From an uncultured bacterium (lineage in GTDB: Bacteria; Bacteroidota; Bacteroidia; Bacteroidales; UBA932): DNA of 64,000 bases. Shown here one piece after another: positions 35,817 through 45,860 of this stretch (positions are counted from its first letter, which is position 1; each line of letters opens with the position of its first letter). The notes beneath the pieces were generated by a model, which was not told the DNA's origin, searched no databases, and was given only the letters and a program-made list of their open reading frames with translations. Position numbers and translations under genes: made by a program. The stretch lies in NCBI GenBank assembly GCA_949300025.1, contig CASGCS010000014.1, positions 39,483-103,482 on the forward strand, in the 5' to 3' direction.

Positions 35817-37678
35817 AAAAGGCACTCCTGCTGGCCGTGCTTCTTCTGGCCTCTCTGATTTGCCGTGCGGAAAATGACGGGAAGATTACCTTTGCATGGC
35901 TTAGCGACATCCACCTCAACTCGTTTGCATACGCAAGGGAAGATTTAAGCGATGCGATAGAGGATATAAATGGCAATCCACTGATAGACTTTGTCATCAT
36001 GAGCGGAGATCTGACCGAGTTCGGAGACACCCGCGAATTCATGATGCTTGACACTCTGCTCCGCGAACTTGACAGGCCATATTTCATGACAACAGGCAAC
36101 CATGACGTAAACTGGAGCGAAAACGGCTGCACGGCCTTTGAAAAACTGCTCGGTCCGCCCCATTTCTGCACAGAGATAAAAGGGTACCGCTTCATAGGAT
36201 GCGGTGCAGGTCCGGCACTCCGCATGGGGCCGCCGCAGATTCCGCGCGAAGAACTCGTATGGCTGGATTCTGTCATTACCGCCACCCCTGAAGAGTGCCC
36301 TGTCATATTCATAAACCATTTTCCCATAGATGAAAGCCTCTGCAATGCCTACGAAGTCTCGCAGATACTCTCCAAGGGCAATGTAAAATGTGTGCTGTCG
36401 GGCCATCTGCATGTAAACAGGGCCTACGATGCGGGCGGCATTCCCGGTGTAATAGGGCGTTCCACCCTGCGCAGGGCAGACCCTGCCGGAGGCTACAACA
36501 TTGTGACCATAGAGAACGGCACCATGAGTTTCCGTGAAAGGATTATAAAGCGGGAGACAAAACCACTCTGGCATGAAGTTGCGCTGAACCGGGCTCCCGA
36601 GAGCGGCAAAAAAGGGATTCAGGCGCCAGACTACTCCATAAACAGAGAATTTCCCCGTGTAAGGGAGGTGTGGAAAATCGCTGATGTGGCGGATATTGCA
36701 TCGCGCGGCGCCATAAGCGGCAATACCTACATCTATACAAACACCGCCGGAGCGGTACATGCGGTAAATGCAAAAAACGGAAAACATATATGGAGTTTCA
36801 AAAGCGGCAACAAGATTTTTTCCGCCCCCTGCATCTCGGGGGATACGGTAATCATTACCTCGTGCGACGGATACATCTACGCCCTCACCCTTGAAGAGGG
36901 CAATCTGATATGGAAACATGACACTGAATATCCCATAGTTGCCACCCCCGCCGTAGCCGGCGGAGTTGTCTACACTGGAAGCGGGAACGGAAAGTTCCAT
37001 GCCATAGACCTCGAGAACGGCAGCCTTGTATGGGAGTGCAGCGGCCTTTCGGGATATATTGAGGCAAAACCTGCCGTAGACAGCAAAAATCTCTACATAG
37101 GCACATGGGGAGCGAAGTTCTACGCCATAGAACGCAAAAGCGGCAAAACGGTATGGGAATTCGACACCGGAAAGGGCAGATACTTCTCCCCCGGGGCATG
37201 CTGGCCTCAGGTGGCACCGTATACCTCAGATGGAAAGAGCCGCTCACAGGTTGTGGTACTGAGTTCAGACAACTTCCTGCGCGCATTCGACCCTGACGAC
37301 GGCCGGATTCTGTGGGCCTCGGACCAGGCTGCCGGACGTGAATCCTTGGGTATCTCTCCCGACCGGAAAACCGTCTACATAAAAGGTATCGGGGGAACCG
37401 TAACGGCAGCGGACATTTCCGCCGGCAGATATTCTGCGCTGTGGAGTCTGGAAATGCCGTACAAAAGCGATTTTGTCCCCACAAACATAGAGTGCGGAGC
37501 ACGGCTGCTCTTTATCCCGACCGAATCGGGCACCATACATGCGGTCGGCAAAGATGGCGGCGGAGTGGAATGGAGCCGCAAGATTTCGCATTCGGCCGTG
37601 ACGTCGCTTTGCAATGCCGGCAGAAACAGGCTCATTGCAAACTGTATGGACGGCACTGTCGTATGTCTTGAATTTTGA
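35813..37678 (+). CDS. metallophosphoesterase fused to PQQ-like beta-propeller repeats
   Basis: 621 aa; signal peptide. LSDIHLN, SGDLTEFGD, TGNHD, SGHLHVN, then repeated ...G.(V/I)(H/Y)A(V/I/L)...G...W propeller blades. Confidence 0.75.
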   Translation: MKKALLLAVLLLASLICRAENDGKITFAWLSDIHLNSFAYAREDLSDAIEDINGNPLIDFVIMSGDLTEFGDTREFMMLDTLLRELDRPYFMTTGNHDVNWSENGCTAFEKLLGPPHFCTEIKGYRFIGCGAGPALRMGPPQIPREELVWLDSVITATPEECPVIFINHFPIDESLCNAYEVSQILSKGNVKCVLSGHLHVNRAYDAGGIPGVIGRSTLRRADPAGGYNIVTIENGTMSFRERIIKRETKPLWHEVALNRAPESGKKGIQAPDYSINREFPRVREVWKIADVADIASRGAISGNTYIYTNTAGAVHAVNAKNGKHIWSFKSGNKIFSAPCISGDTVIITSCDGYIYALTLEEGNLIWKHDTEYPIVATPAVAGGVVYTGSGNGKFHAIDLENGSLVWECSGLSGYIEAKPAVDSKNLYIGTWGAKFYAIERKSGKTVWEFDTGKGRYFSPGACWPQVAPYTSDGKSRSQVVVLSSDNFLRAFDPDDGRILWASDQAAGRESLGISPDRKTVYIKGIGGTVTAADISAGRYSALWSLEMPYKSDFVPTNIECGARLLFIPTESGTIHAVGKDGGGVEWSRKISHSAVTSLCNAGRNRLIANCMDGTVVCLEF

Positions 37679-37708
37679 TATAGAATGTAAATCCAAACAA
37701 ACTGTTAT

Positions 37709-39739
37709 ATGAAAAGTATAGGAATCATGACTATTTTATGCAGCGTCTCACTGCTACTTTCGTCGTGCGGTGGGCAGAAAAGCGAATCCGCAGAAGATTT
37801 CAAGTATGTTGTAGACGAATTTGCAGACTTGCAGATTTTAAGATACAGAGTTCCCGGCTGGGAAGACCTTTCCCTGCAGCAGAAGGCCTATGTATATCAT
37901 CTGAGCGAAGCTGCAAAATGCGGGCGCGACATTATCTTCGACCAGAATTTCAAATACAATCTCCAGATAAGGAAGATGCTCGAGAAAATCATAAGGGAGT
38001 ATGACGGAGATACCCTCTGCAAGGATTACCGGGACTTTCTGGTCTATGCAAAGCGCGTATTCTTCAGCAACGGCATCCATCACCACTACGGCGAGGAGAA
38101 ATTCATACCCGAGTGCAGCAGGAAGTACTTTGCAGGCCTTCTGGCTGCAACCGGACAGGAGCAGCTCTCGGAAGAACTGCTGCCGGTAATTTACGACAAG
38201 CAGCTCTATGCATGGCGCAAACATGTGGGCAAAGAGGGAGATCTGCTTCTCAATTCTGCCGTAAACTTCTATAGCGGAGGCATTACAAGGGAGGAGGCCG
38301 ACAGCTTCTATGCAAGGATGGAAGACCCCAAAGACACCACTCCCATATCGTACGGTCTGAACAGCCGGCTCGTAAAGGAGAACGGCGTTATAAAGGAGGA
38401 GGTCTACAAGATTGGAGGACGCTACGGCAAGACCCTTGAACAGATTGCAGGGCATCTTGAAAAGGCAAAGGAGTTTGCAGAAAACCCGGCTCAGGCCGCC
38501 TGCATAGACAAACTCATAGAGTACTATACCACCGGTTCTCTCGAGACATGGGACGAGTACAACATTGCATGGGTTCAGGACACGGCATCGATTGTAGACT
38601 TTGTAAACGGTTTCGTTGAAGACTACAACGACCCTCTCGGAAGGAAGGCCACATGGGAGGGGCTTGTAAACTTCAAGGATATCAAAGACTCTGAAAGGAC
38701 AGAAATCATAAGCGCCAACGCCCAGTGGTTCGAAGACAACTCACCTGTCGATCCCCGCTTCAAGAAAGAGAAGGTCAAGGGAGTTTCGGCAAAGGTCATA
38801 ACCGTAGCCTGCCTTGCCGGAGACTGCTACCCCTACACTCCTATCGGAATCAACCTTCCGAATGCCAACTGGATAAGGAAAGACTACGGTTCAAAGTCCG
38901 TTACCATTGCCAATATAACCGATGCCTACAACAAGGCGGCCGAAGAGGCGCCCAAGAGCATGACAACCGAATTCTACTACAGCCAGGAAGATATAGACTT
39001 GATTAAAAAATACAGAGACCTTACAGACTACATCCACACAGACTTGCACGAGTGTCTCGGACACGGTTCCGGACAACTTCTGCCGGGCGTCTCTTCGGCC
39101 GCACTCGGAGAGTTCAACTCCGCCCTGGAGGAGGCAAGGGCAGACCTTTTTGCCCTCTACTATCTTGCCGACCCCAAACTTGTGGAACTCGGGATACTCC
39201 CCGACAGCGAGGCTTACAAGGCAGAATATCTCAGCCAGACCGTAAACGGCCTTTTCACTCAGTTCTCAAGAGTGGAGTTGGGCAAGACCAATACGGAAGC
39301 CCACATGCAGAACAGGAAACTCATTGCACAGTGGTGCTATGAAAACGGCCTCAAGGAGAAGACCGGTGCAGAGAAAGACGTTATAGAGAAGATTGTAAGG
39401 GATGGCAAGACCTACTTTGTAATAAACGACTATCCCGCGCTGCGCACCCTGTATGCAGAATTGCTGAGAGAGATACAGAGAATAAAGTCTGAAGGAGACT
39501 ATCAGGCAGGCAAAAAACTCATAGAGACCTATGCAGTGCATATCGACAGAGATCTGCACAAAGAGGTCCTGGAGCGTTACGCTTCGCTAAACCTCAAACC
39601 CTACAAGGGATTCATCAACCCCGACATCGTGCCGGTGACAGACAAAAAGGGCAACATTACCGATTACAAAATCGTTTACAACGACAACTACCTGAAACAG
39701 ATGCTCGAGTATGGCGAAAAATACTCTTTCGAGAATTGA
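37709..39739 (+). CDS. dipeptidyl-peptidase III (M49 family) lipoprotein
   Basis: 676 aa; lipoprotein signal (LLLSSCGG); zinc motifs HECLGHGSG and EEARADLFALY as in Bacteroides DPP III. Confidence 0.8.
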   Translation: MKSIGIMTILCSVSLLLSSCGGQKSESAEDFKYVVDEFADLQILRYRVPGWEDLSLQQKAYVYHLSEAAKCGRDIIFDQNFKYNLQIRKMLEKIIREYDGDTLCKDYRDFLVYAKRVFFSNGIHHHYGEEKFIPECSRKYFAGLLAATGQEQLSEELLPVIYDKQLYAWRKHVGKEGDLLLNSAVNFYSGGITREEADSFYARMEDPKDTTPISYGLNSRLVKENGVIKEEVYKIGGRYGKTLEQIAGHLEKAKEFAENPAQAACIDKLIEYYTTGSLETWDEYNIAWVQDTASIVDFVNGFVEDYNDPLGRKATWEGLVNFKDIKDSERTEIISANAQWFEDNSPVDPRFKKEKVKGVSAKVITVACLAGDCYPYTPIGINLPNANWIRKDYGSKSVTIANITDAYNKAAEEAPKSMTTEFYYSQEDIDLIKKYRDLTDYIHTDLHECLGHGSGQLLPGVSSAALGEFNSALEEARADLFALYYLADPKLVELGILPDSEAYKAEYLSQTVNGLFTQFSRVELGKTNTEAHMQNRKLIAQWCYENGLKEKTGAEKDVIEKIVRDGKTYFVINDYPALRTLYAELLREIQRIKSEGDYQAGKKLIETYAVHIDRDLHKEVLERYASLNLKPYKGFINPDIVPVTDKKGNITDYKIVYNDNYLKQMLEYGEKYSFEN

Positions 39740-39758
39740 CAAAATCACATATGTGCAT

Positions 39759-39796
39759 AAAAAACGCTGTCCGGGAAAAATCGGGCAGCGTTTTTT
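39759..39796. terminator. bidirectional intrinsic terminator between convergent genes
   Basis: acgctgtccg / cgggcagcgt 10-bp stem (one G-U) flanked by A6 and T6. Confidence 0.75.
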
Positions 39797-39811
39797 ATAT
39801 GGATGCGCAAT

Positions 39812-41203
39812 TTATATCTGAGGTATTTCGGTATCGTCGGTATCGTCGAGCCTTTTATTCCAAAGATATTTCCTTGTCTGGGCGACTATCACTCCGCTTA
39901 AACAGACGAGAGATATAAGGTTAGGAATTGCCATAAGGGCGTTGGTTCCGTCGGCTATGTCCCATACAAGGGAGAGGTCTGCTACAGCGCCCACAAAGAC
40001 AAGCAGCACCCACAGCACTCTGTAGACCTTTATGAATCTCTTTCCGGCCAGATATTCTATGGCCTTCTCTGCATAATACGACCAGCCAAGAATGGTGGAA
40101 AAGGCGAATGTCACCAGCCCTACTGTAAGAATGATGGAGCCAACATAGGGAATTTTTCCGAATGCGAGCTGTGTAAGTTTCGCCCCGTCTGAAGAGGAGA
40201 TATCCGGGTGCGCGATAATGCTGCTCACCAGCACCAGACCCGTAAGCGCACATATTACTACAGTATCCCAGAATGTGGCTGTGGAAGAGACCAGAGCCTG
40301 CCTTACCGGATTTCTGGTTTTTGCCGCCGCGGCCACTATCGGTGCGGAACCCATTCCCGATTCATTGGAGAAGAGCCCTCTTGCTATACCGTAGCGGGCA
40401 GCCATCATCACCGTAGAGCCTATGAATCCCCCTCCGGCCGCCTGCGCGCTGAAGGCAGACTTGAATATTACCGAAACCGTTTCGCCCATATAGCTCCAGT
40501 TCATGAATATTATGACAAGGCAGCCTGCCACATAGAAGATTGCCATGAATGGGACGAATGCCGTACATACCTTTGCTATGCCCTTTACTCCAAAAATTAT
40601 CACCAGCGCCACAAGCAACGCCATTACAAGACCAGATGTCACCGTAGATATTCCGCCGAAATTCTCACCGAAAAGCCCCGGTTCCGAGAGCAGAGTGGAA
40701 ATGGCGTTTGCCTGGACCGTATTTCCTATACCCAACGCCGCAACCGCCGTAAAGATTGCGAAAAGCACTGCAAGCCATTTCATCTTCATACCTCTTTCTA
40801 TCGCATACATCGGCCCTCCGAGCATTGTCCCGTCGGCGGTCCTCACCCTGTATTTTATAGAGAGCAACCCCTCTGAATATTTTGTGGCTATTCCAAACAC
40901 TCCGGTAAGCCAGCACCAGAGGACTGCACCGGGGCCGCCGAGCGCCACGGCTGTGGCCACGCCCACGATATTGCCGGTTCCCACCGTTGCAGCCAAAGAG
41001 GTTGCAAGCGCGCCGAACTGGCTCACGTCTCCGGAAGCCCCGTGATCCTTCTTGAAGGAGAGACGTATGGCCTTGAAGATTTGAAGTTGGGGAAATCTCA
41101 AACGGATTGTCAAGAAAATGTGGACGCCTAGCAGCATCACTATCATGGGCCATCCCCACAGGAAATCGGTTATCTGGCCCACTACCCTTTCGAATGTTTC
41201 CAT
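39812..41203 (-). CDS. alanine/glycine:cation symporter (AGCS family)
   Basis: 463 aa multi-pass; AGCS-type motifs (SQFGALATSLAATVGTGNIVGVATA, GGPGAVLWCWLTGVFG). Confidence 0.85.
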   Translation of the reverse strand: METFERVVGQITDFLWGWPMIVMLLGVHIFLTIRLRFPQLQIFKAIRLSFKKDHGASGDVSQFGALATSLAATVGTGNIVGVATAVALGGPGAVLWCWLTGVFGIATKYSEGLLSIKYRVRTADGTMLGGPMYAIERGMKMKWLAVLFAIFTAVAALGIGNTVQANAISTLLSEPGLFGENFGGISTVTSGLVMALLVALVIIFGVKGIAKVCTAFVPFMAIFYVAGCLVIIFMNWSYMGETVSVIFKSAFSAQAAGGGFIGSTVMMAARYGIARGLFSNESGMGSAPIVAAAAKTRNPVRQALVSSTATFWDTVVICALTGLVLVSSIIAHPDISSSDGAKLTQLAFGKIPYVGSIILTVGLVTFAFSTILGWSYYAEKAIEYLAGKRFIKVYRVLWVLLVFVGAVADLSLVWDIADGTNALMAIPNLISLVCLSGVIVAQTRKYLWNKRLDDTDDTEIPQI

Positions 41204-41263
41204 CTGTCAGTGTTTTTAGGTGTTAAGTGCAGCTTTATTAAGCTATCTTTGCAAATTTAAAAA

Positions 41264-41686
41264 ATGTACAGAAATATATACATATTCTTTGCATGGATTT
41301 GCGTGGGAGCGGCGTTTCTGGGCATATTCCTACCGCTGCTGCCCACCACCCCGTTTCTGCTGCTTGCCGTATATCTCTACATGCGCTCGTCAAAGAGCGG
41401 CATAAAGATGATTCTGCGCAACCGCTATCTTGCGCTCTACGTACACTCATATTTTGCAAGGGAGGGCATTCCGGGCCCCATTCTCAAAAGAACCCTCGTT
41501 ACGCTGTGGTGCAGCATGGCAGTATGCATTGCGCTTTTCCACGGCAGGCTACCCGTACAGATTATGCTCTTTGCGATAGCCGCAGGAGTCTCCATTCACC
41601 TGTACTGCAGAAGGAACGGCAGAAAGCCTGCCCGAAAAGAGAACGGAAGGCGGAAAATCAGGAGAAAAGATTTGCCACATTCGTGA
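41264..41686 (+). CDS. YbaN-family (DUF454) inner-membrane protein
   Basis: 140 aa; GIFLPLLPTTPFLLLA motif. Confidence 0.7.
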   Translation: MYRNIYIFFAWICVGAAFLGIFLPLLPTTPFLLLAVYLYMRSSKSGIKMILRNRYLALYVHSYFAREGIPGPILKRTLVTLWCSMAVCIALFHGRLPVQIMLFAIAAGVSIHLYCRRNGRKPARKENGRRKIRRKDLPHS

Positions 41687-42251
41687 CAAAGAGCTTTACC
41701 GACATGGCCAACAGAATGATTCCAAAGAACTTGCGCAGCACGAATATCACTCCCTTGCCCAGAAATCTTTCAATAAGTTCCAGTTTGGAAAGCACTACAT
41801 AAACCACTATCATATTGAGTATGATGGCTATTATTATGTTCTCCACCCTGAACTCGGCCCTGAGCGAAAGGAGTGTTGTAAGCGTACCCGCTCCCGCTAT
41901 GAGCGGAAATATGACCGGCACCACGGTGGCGCTTCCGCCCGGCCCGTTGTTGTTGAACAGTTCCACACCCATCAGCATCTCTATGGCAAGGACAAAAATC
42001 ACTATCGCACCGGCCGCCGCAAAGGATTCTATGTCTACCCCGAAAAGGGAGAGCAGACCGTCACCGGCAAAGAGGAAAATTATGAAGACTGCAAATGAGC
42101 CCAGGGCTGCCTGGAGGGGCACAACCTTTCCGCCCTTGTTTTTCAAGTCGAGTATTACGGGAATCGAGCCTGTAATATCGATTATGGCAAAGAGCACCAT
42201 GAAGGCGCTCAGAATCTCTTTTACGCTGAATACTAACATTTTTTTTTGCAA
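41658..42251 (-). CDS. MarC-family (UPF0056) membrane protein
   Basis: 197 aa, 6 TM; FAIIDITGSIPV N-terminal motif; 29-nt convergent overlap with the ybaN-like gene. Confidence 0.75.
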   Translation of the reverse strand: MQKKMLVFSVKEILSAFMVLFAIIDITGSIPVILDLKNKGGKVVPLQAALGSFAVFIIFLFAGDGLLSLFGVDIESFAAAGAIVIFVLAIEMLMGVELFNNNGPGGSATVVPVIFPLIAGAGTLTTLLSLRAEFRVENIIIAIILNMIVVYVVLSKLELIERFLGKGVIFVLRKFFGIILLAMSVKLFVTNVANLFS

Positions 42252-42275
42252 AAATACAATTTATGGTTAATTTTG
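42245..42275 (+). promoter_or_regulatory. Bacteroides-type promoter (-33 TTTG, -7 taattttg) for the H1-like gene
   Basis: TTTG 42245-42248, TAnnTTTG 42268-42275, 19-nt spacer. Confidence 0.55.
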
Positions 42276-42308
42276 CAATGTGAAACTAACCTTAAAAAAT
42301 TAAACAAC

Positions 42309-42485
42309 ATGAAAGAACTTGTTGATTCAATCAAAGCTCAAATGGAAGCTTTTGTAAAAGACGCAGATGCTCAATTACTTAAAGGTAACAAGGCTGCCGG
42401 CACACGTGCAAGGAAGGCTGCTTTGCAGATAAGTAAGATGATGAAGGACTTCAGAAAGCTTTCAGTAGAGGCAAGCAAGAAATAA
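42309..42485 (+). CDS. histone H1-like small basic DNA-binding protein
   Basis: 58 aa from ATG 42309: MKELVDSIKAQMEAF...KGNKAAGTRARKAALQISKMMKDFRK, the Bacteroidota H1-like pattern. Confidence 0.7.
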   Translation: MKELVDSIKAQMEAFVKDADAQLLKGNKAAGTRARKAALQISKMMKDFRKLSVEASKK

Positions 42486-42507
42486 TCAGCAAATCTTGAA
42501 ATTTCGG

Positions 42508-42546
42508 ATGGGAATCACGGCCTTAGAATTCGGCTATGATTCCCAT
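42508..42546. terminator. 10-bp perfect hairpin between convergent genes (overlaps the last codons of the lipoprotein gene)
   Basis: atgggaatca / tgattcccat with a 19-nt loop; no clear U-tract on either strand. Confidence 0.3.
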
Positions 42547-42954
42547 TCTGCTTTCCATGTTCCAGAGCCAGTACTTCTGCCCCTCCTCCTTCAGTATTGC
42601 AAGCGGGAGAATAAACACGTCGGTCTTGCTCCCGTCGAACCATGTAATCCTGGTATCTATCGCACCGCCGCCACCGTACAGGCCGCCTGTCATGGGAAAC
42701 GAAGACATTTCAAAATGTACATAGCGGCCCTGGTCGTCGTCCTGATAGCGCAGCGTATGCCGGCCTACGTTCACCACCTTCTGGCACTCCATGTCTGAAT
42801 ATCTGTAGAGATAGTCTCCGTCTCTTACAAATCCTGCATCGTACATTGTCACGAACTTCTCGGCATATTCCGAACTTTTCGTAAAATCATCGTCGCACGA
42901 GAAGAGCGCACAGCATGCGGCGCAAACTAATATGGTCTGGAGAATGTTTTTCAT
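42523..42954 (-). CDS. small lipoprotein, unknown function
   Basis: 143 aa; lipoprotein signal (ALFSCDDD); 4-nt overlap with the upstream M6 protease gene. Confidence 0.55.
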   Translation of the reverse strand: MKNILQTILVCAACCALFSCDDDFTKSSEYAEKFVTMYDAGFVRDGDYLYRYSDMECQKVVNVGRHTLRYQDDDQGRYVHFEMSSFPMTGGLYGGGGAIDTRITWFDGSKTDVFILPLAILKEEGQKYWLWNMESRMGIIAEF

Positions 42955-44876
42955 TGCGTTCTGTCTGTTACTGTTACAATCTTCTTGATTATGTCGCAGG
43001 AACTGTCGCCATACTCTATTACAGCTTCCAGAATATAGGTTCCGCGGCTTGCAAACAGGAGAAAATCTCCATCCTGCTCCTGCCCGTTTACAAGATACCT
43101 TATGGCGGAGGGCTGTTCATTCATGTTGAGAACACGCAGGTAGAGACGCTCTCCGGTACGATACTCGCCCTTTACCTTGAGATATGGATAGGGAGAGGTA
43201 AGCGTATCGGTGGCGAATTCCGCCTTATAGACATTCCCGGCTTCGGCCCCCTTTTCAAAAAAGAGTTCGACACCGTACCTGTGCCCCGGAGAGAGGTCTG
43301 GAATGAGAAAATCCGTACCTCGCACCTTTGCATGGCCGCCCGCACCATCATCGGTGTCGCGCCAGTAGATATTTGTAAAACCGCCTGTCGTGTCTGCTGC
43401 GGAAGAGAAGCCCCATTCCAGATGGGCGTCGTTCTCAAATGGTGTCACCCTTGCCGCGAGAACCGAGGCAACCGAGCCGCTCCACTTCACATCCTCTTCT
43501 GCCGTAAATGAGAGAACCTTGCCGTTATAATTTATATCCGACAGTCTTATCCCGGCAGGGCGGCCCGCCCAGTCGCGCAGCGGATATTCAGAATCGTAAC
43601 CAAGTTCATCAAACCTGTTCTCTCCGGGAGGAAAGAGCGCCCTTGCGCATTCGTGTCCGGCATAGCAGTTGATTATGTCAAGTTCCCAGCGGCGGGATGC
43701 GCTCAGCCCCCCGCTGCTGTTTTCAGACTTGTCTATATGGTAGACCACCAGGCCGTTTCCTTCACAATAACGGTCCCATTTCTCATTGTTGCGGCACTCT
43801 ACAAGAAAATACTCTCCTTTGTTGGCGAGCGGTATCCGGTAAAGGGGGCCGCCCTCTTCTATACCACTCAGTACATACTCTCTGCCCGCCACTATGTCCT
43901 CAACAACGCCTATTCCCAATATCTCGCGTTCCAGAGCGTTGAAATAGGGCGGAGTACGGCCCTTGTCAAGATAAGCGCCCTTGTCCATTATTGAAAGGGA
44001 ACCGTACATGGCATTTGAAAGCCCCTCCTCCTCCCCGTTCAAATCGTAAATGTCGGGCAGCCCCAATGCATGGGCGAACTCATGACAGAAAAGGCCGATT
44101 GTCGCCGGATACCTCTCCGTGGCGCCGTCATCGCAGTCATATTCGGCCGTACAGATAAAACTGCCTATCTTCACCCCGTTGTAGGAGACGCTTTTGCCTG
44201 AAACGACCCCTCTCTGCGGCCATATTGCACCGGTGAGAGAAGACTGTGCCTGGTCTACCCCGGCAAAGATTATCGATATATTGTCTGCATAACCGTCGCC
44301 ATCGTTGTCATATTTTGAGAAATCGACGCCTGATGCCGATGCCGCCGCACAGGCGGAAAGTACCATCTCCTCCACATTGGCATCTGCATAGAGCGAGGTC
44401 TGCGCCCCGTAATGGGCAAGTTCCTTCTCCAAAGTCACAATATCTGCCACGTCAAAGACAAATGAGCATTTGCCCGCAAAATTGTCGTTGAAATAAGCGG
44501 CCACGCTTCCTGTGGCTCCGTCGTACGAGTAGTTCCCGGAATTCAGAAATTCCTCCAGATGAGCCTTCGCCTGAGAGATGGTAAACCTTACATCCTTGAA
44601 CTCCACCGGTATTACAAGATACCTTCTGGGCTCATTCATACGGTTTTGTCGCAAATCAGACAACATGTGTACATTTTCAGACGAAGCAACCGACATGCTT
44701 TTTGCGTTGCTTTGTACGCCGTTATATTTTGTTATATCTGGCCTAAGCCATATATTTGCAGTTTGCTTTCCGCCCCTTGCGCCAAGGCAATACACTGAAA
44801 GCAAAATCATTGCAATACAAAATATTTTAGATTTACGGCCCATTTCACAAAAATTGGAATCTACTAAGTTAACCAT
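42951..44876 (-). CDS. M6-family (immune inhibitor A-like) metalloprotease
   Basis: 641-aa ORF (alternative ATG at 44843 gives a cleaner signal peptide); HEFAHALGLPDIYD zinc motif; C-terminal beta-rich domains. Confidence 0.75.
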   Translation of the reverse strand: MVNLVDSNFCEMGRKSKIFCIAMILLSVYCLGARGGKQTANIWLRPDITKYNGVQSNAKSMSVASSENVHMLSDLRQNRMNEPRRYLVIPVEFKDVRFTISQAKAHLEEFLNSGNYSYDGATGSVAAYFNDNFAGKCSFVFDVADIVTLEKELAHYGAQTSLYADANVEEMVLSACAAASASGVDFSKYDNDGDGYADNISIIFAGVDQAQSSLTGAIWPQRGVVSGKSVSYNGVKIGSFICTAEYDCDDGATERYPATIGLFCHEFAHALGLPDIYDLNGEEEGLSNAMYGSLSIMDKGAYLDKGRTPPYFNALEREILGIGVVEDIVAGREYVLSGIEEGGPLYRIPLANKGEYFLVECRNNEKWDRYCEGNGLVVYHIDKSENSSGGLSASRRWELDIINCYAGHECARALFPPGENRFDELGYDSEYPLRDWAGRPAGIRLSDINYNGKVLSFTAEEDVKWSGSVASVLAARVTPFENDAHLEWGFSSAADTTGGFTNIYWRDTDDGAGGHAKVRGTDFLIPDLSPGHRYGVELFFEKGAEAGNVYKAEFATDTLTSPYPYLKVKGEYRTGERLYLRVLNMNEQPSAIRYLVNGQEQDGDFLLFASRGTYILEAVIEYGDSSCDIIKKIVTVTDRTQ

Positions 44877-44890
44877 TTATTTTAAATAAA

Positions 44891-45859
44891 ATGATTATTA
44901 AGATAAAATATTCCCTGTTTGCCATTGCCTTAACTCTCTTGTCGTTATCTGCAGCCGGACAGTGCGGCAACGCAAAGCTCATAGAAGAGTGGGGAAATTT
45001 CGACAACTGGATTGTCAGGGAGATAAAGGAGTCCGGAATCATAGGAGGAAACATAAGGCATCTCTACGAGACAGCCAAGGGCGATACCATAAAGGGGGAG
45101 ATTCCGTACGTCAATCCCGACGGATGCGTATGGTCCAACTCCAATGTGCTTGCAACAGTAAAGGGCGTAACCAAGACCAGCTGTTCAGTTTACCCCGAAA
45201 AGAGAGACGGAGGCTATTGCGCAAGGCTTGAGACAAGGCTTGAAAAGATAAAGGTCATAGGGCTGATAAACCTGAATGTCATAGCATCCGGGACTGTCTT
45301 TCTGGGGCAGATGCTCGAACCTATAAGAAACACCAAGAATCCGCAGTCCAAACTCAACGTGGGAATCCCGTTTACAGACAGGCCAAAGGGAATAACGTTC
45401 GACTACAAGGTAATTGTCGGGCACGACAGGTTGAAGGCTACAGGCTTCGGAGCCCCTAAAGAGCTACATGACAACGACTATGCAGACTGTGTGGTGATGT
45501 TGCAGAAGAGATGGGAAGACCAGGCCGGCAATGTCTATTCAAAAAGAGTGGGGACTGCATACCACCGCTTCACCCAGACCGACACTACCTGGAACAACGG
45601 ATATTTTCTTCCCATACACTACGGAGACATAACAGGCGAACCTTACTACGAAGATTTCATGGAACTCATTCCCTTTGAACTCTCCAACTATACAATCAAC
45701 TCAAAAGGAGAGTCTGTTCCAATCAGAGAGATAGAATGGGGAGCACCGGACGACACTCCCACCCATATTATCATGAGGTTCTCTTCCAGCCACGGCGAGG
45801 CATACGAGGGTGACCCTGTAAACCGTTTCTGGGTAGACAACATCAAGATTGTATATTAA
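44891..45859 (+). CDS. PCMD-domain (putative carbohydrate metabolism domain) secreted protein
   Basis: 322 aa; signal peptide; GIPFTDRPKGITFDYK motif that I associate with the PCMD family (recall only). Confidence 0.5.
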   Translation: MIIKIKYSLFAIALTLLSLSAAGQCGNAKLIEEWGNFDNWIVREIKESGIIGGNIRHLYETAKGDTIKGEIPYVNPDGCVWSNSNVLATVKGVTKTSCSVYPEKRDGGYCARLETRLEKIKVIGLINLNVIASGTVFLGQMLEPIRNTKNPQSKLNVGIPFTDRPKGITFDYKVIVGHDRLKATGFGAPKELHDNDYADCVVMLQKRWEDQAGNVYSKRVGTAYHRFTQTDTTWNNGYFLPIHYGDITGEPYYEDFMELIPFELSNYTINSKGESVPIREIEWGAPDDTPTHIIMRFSSSHGEAYEGDPVNRFWVDNIKIVY

Positions 45860-45860
45860 A

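Noticed and set aside
35945-37000. 351-aa minus-strand ORF
   Set aside because: It is fully antisense to the metallophosphoesterase/beta-propeller gene, which has clear catalytic motifs. Its composition (Arg/Gly/Ala/Tyr-rich, no motifs) is typical of an antisense frame in a GC-moderate gene.
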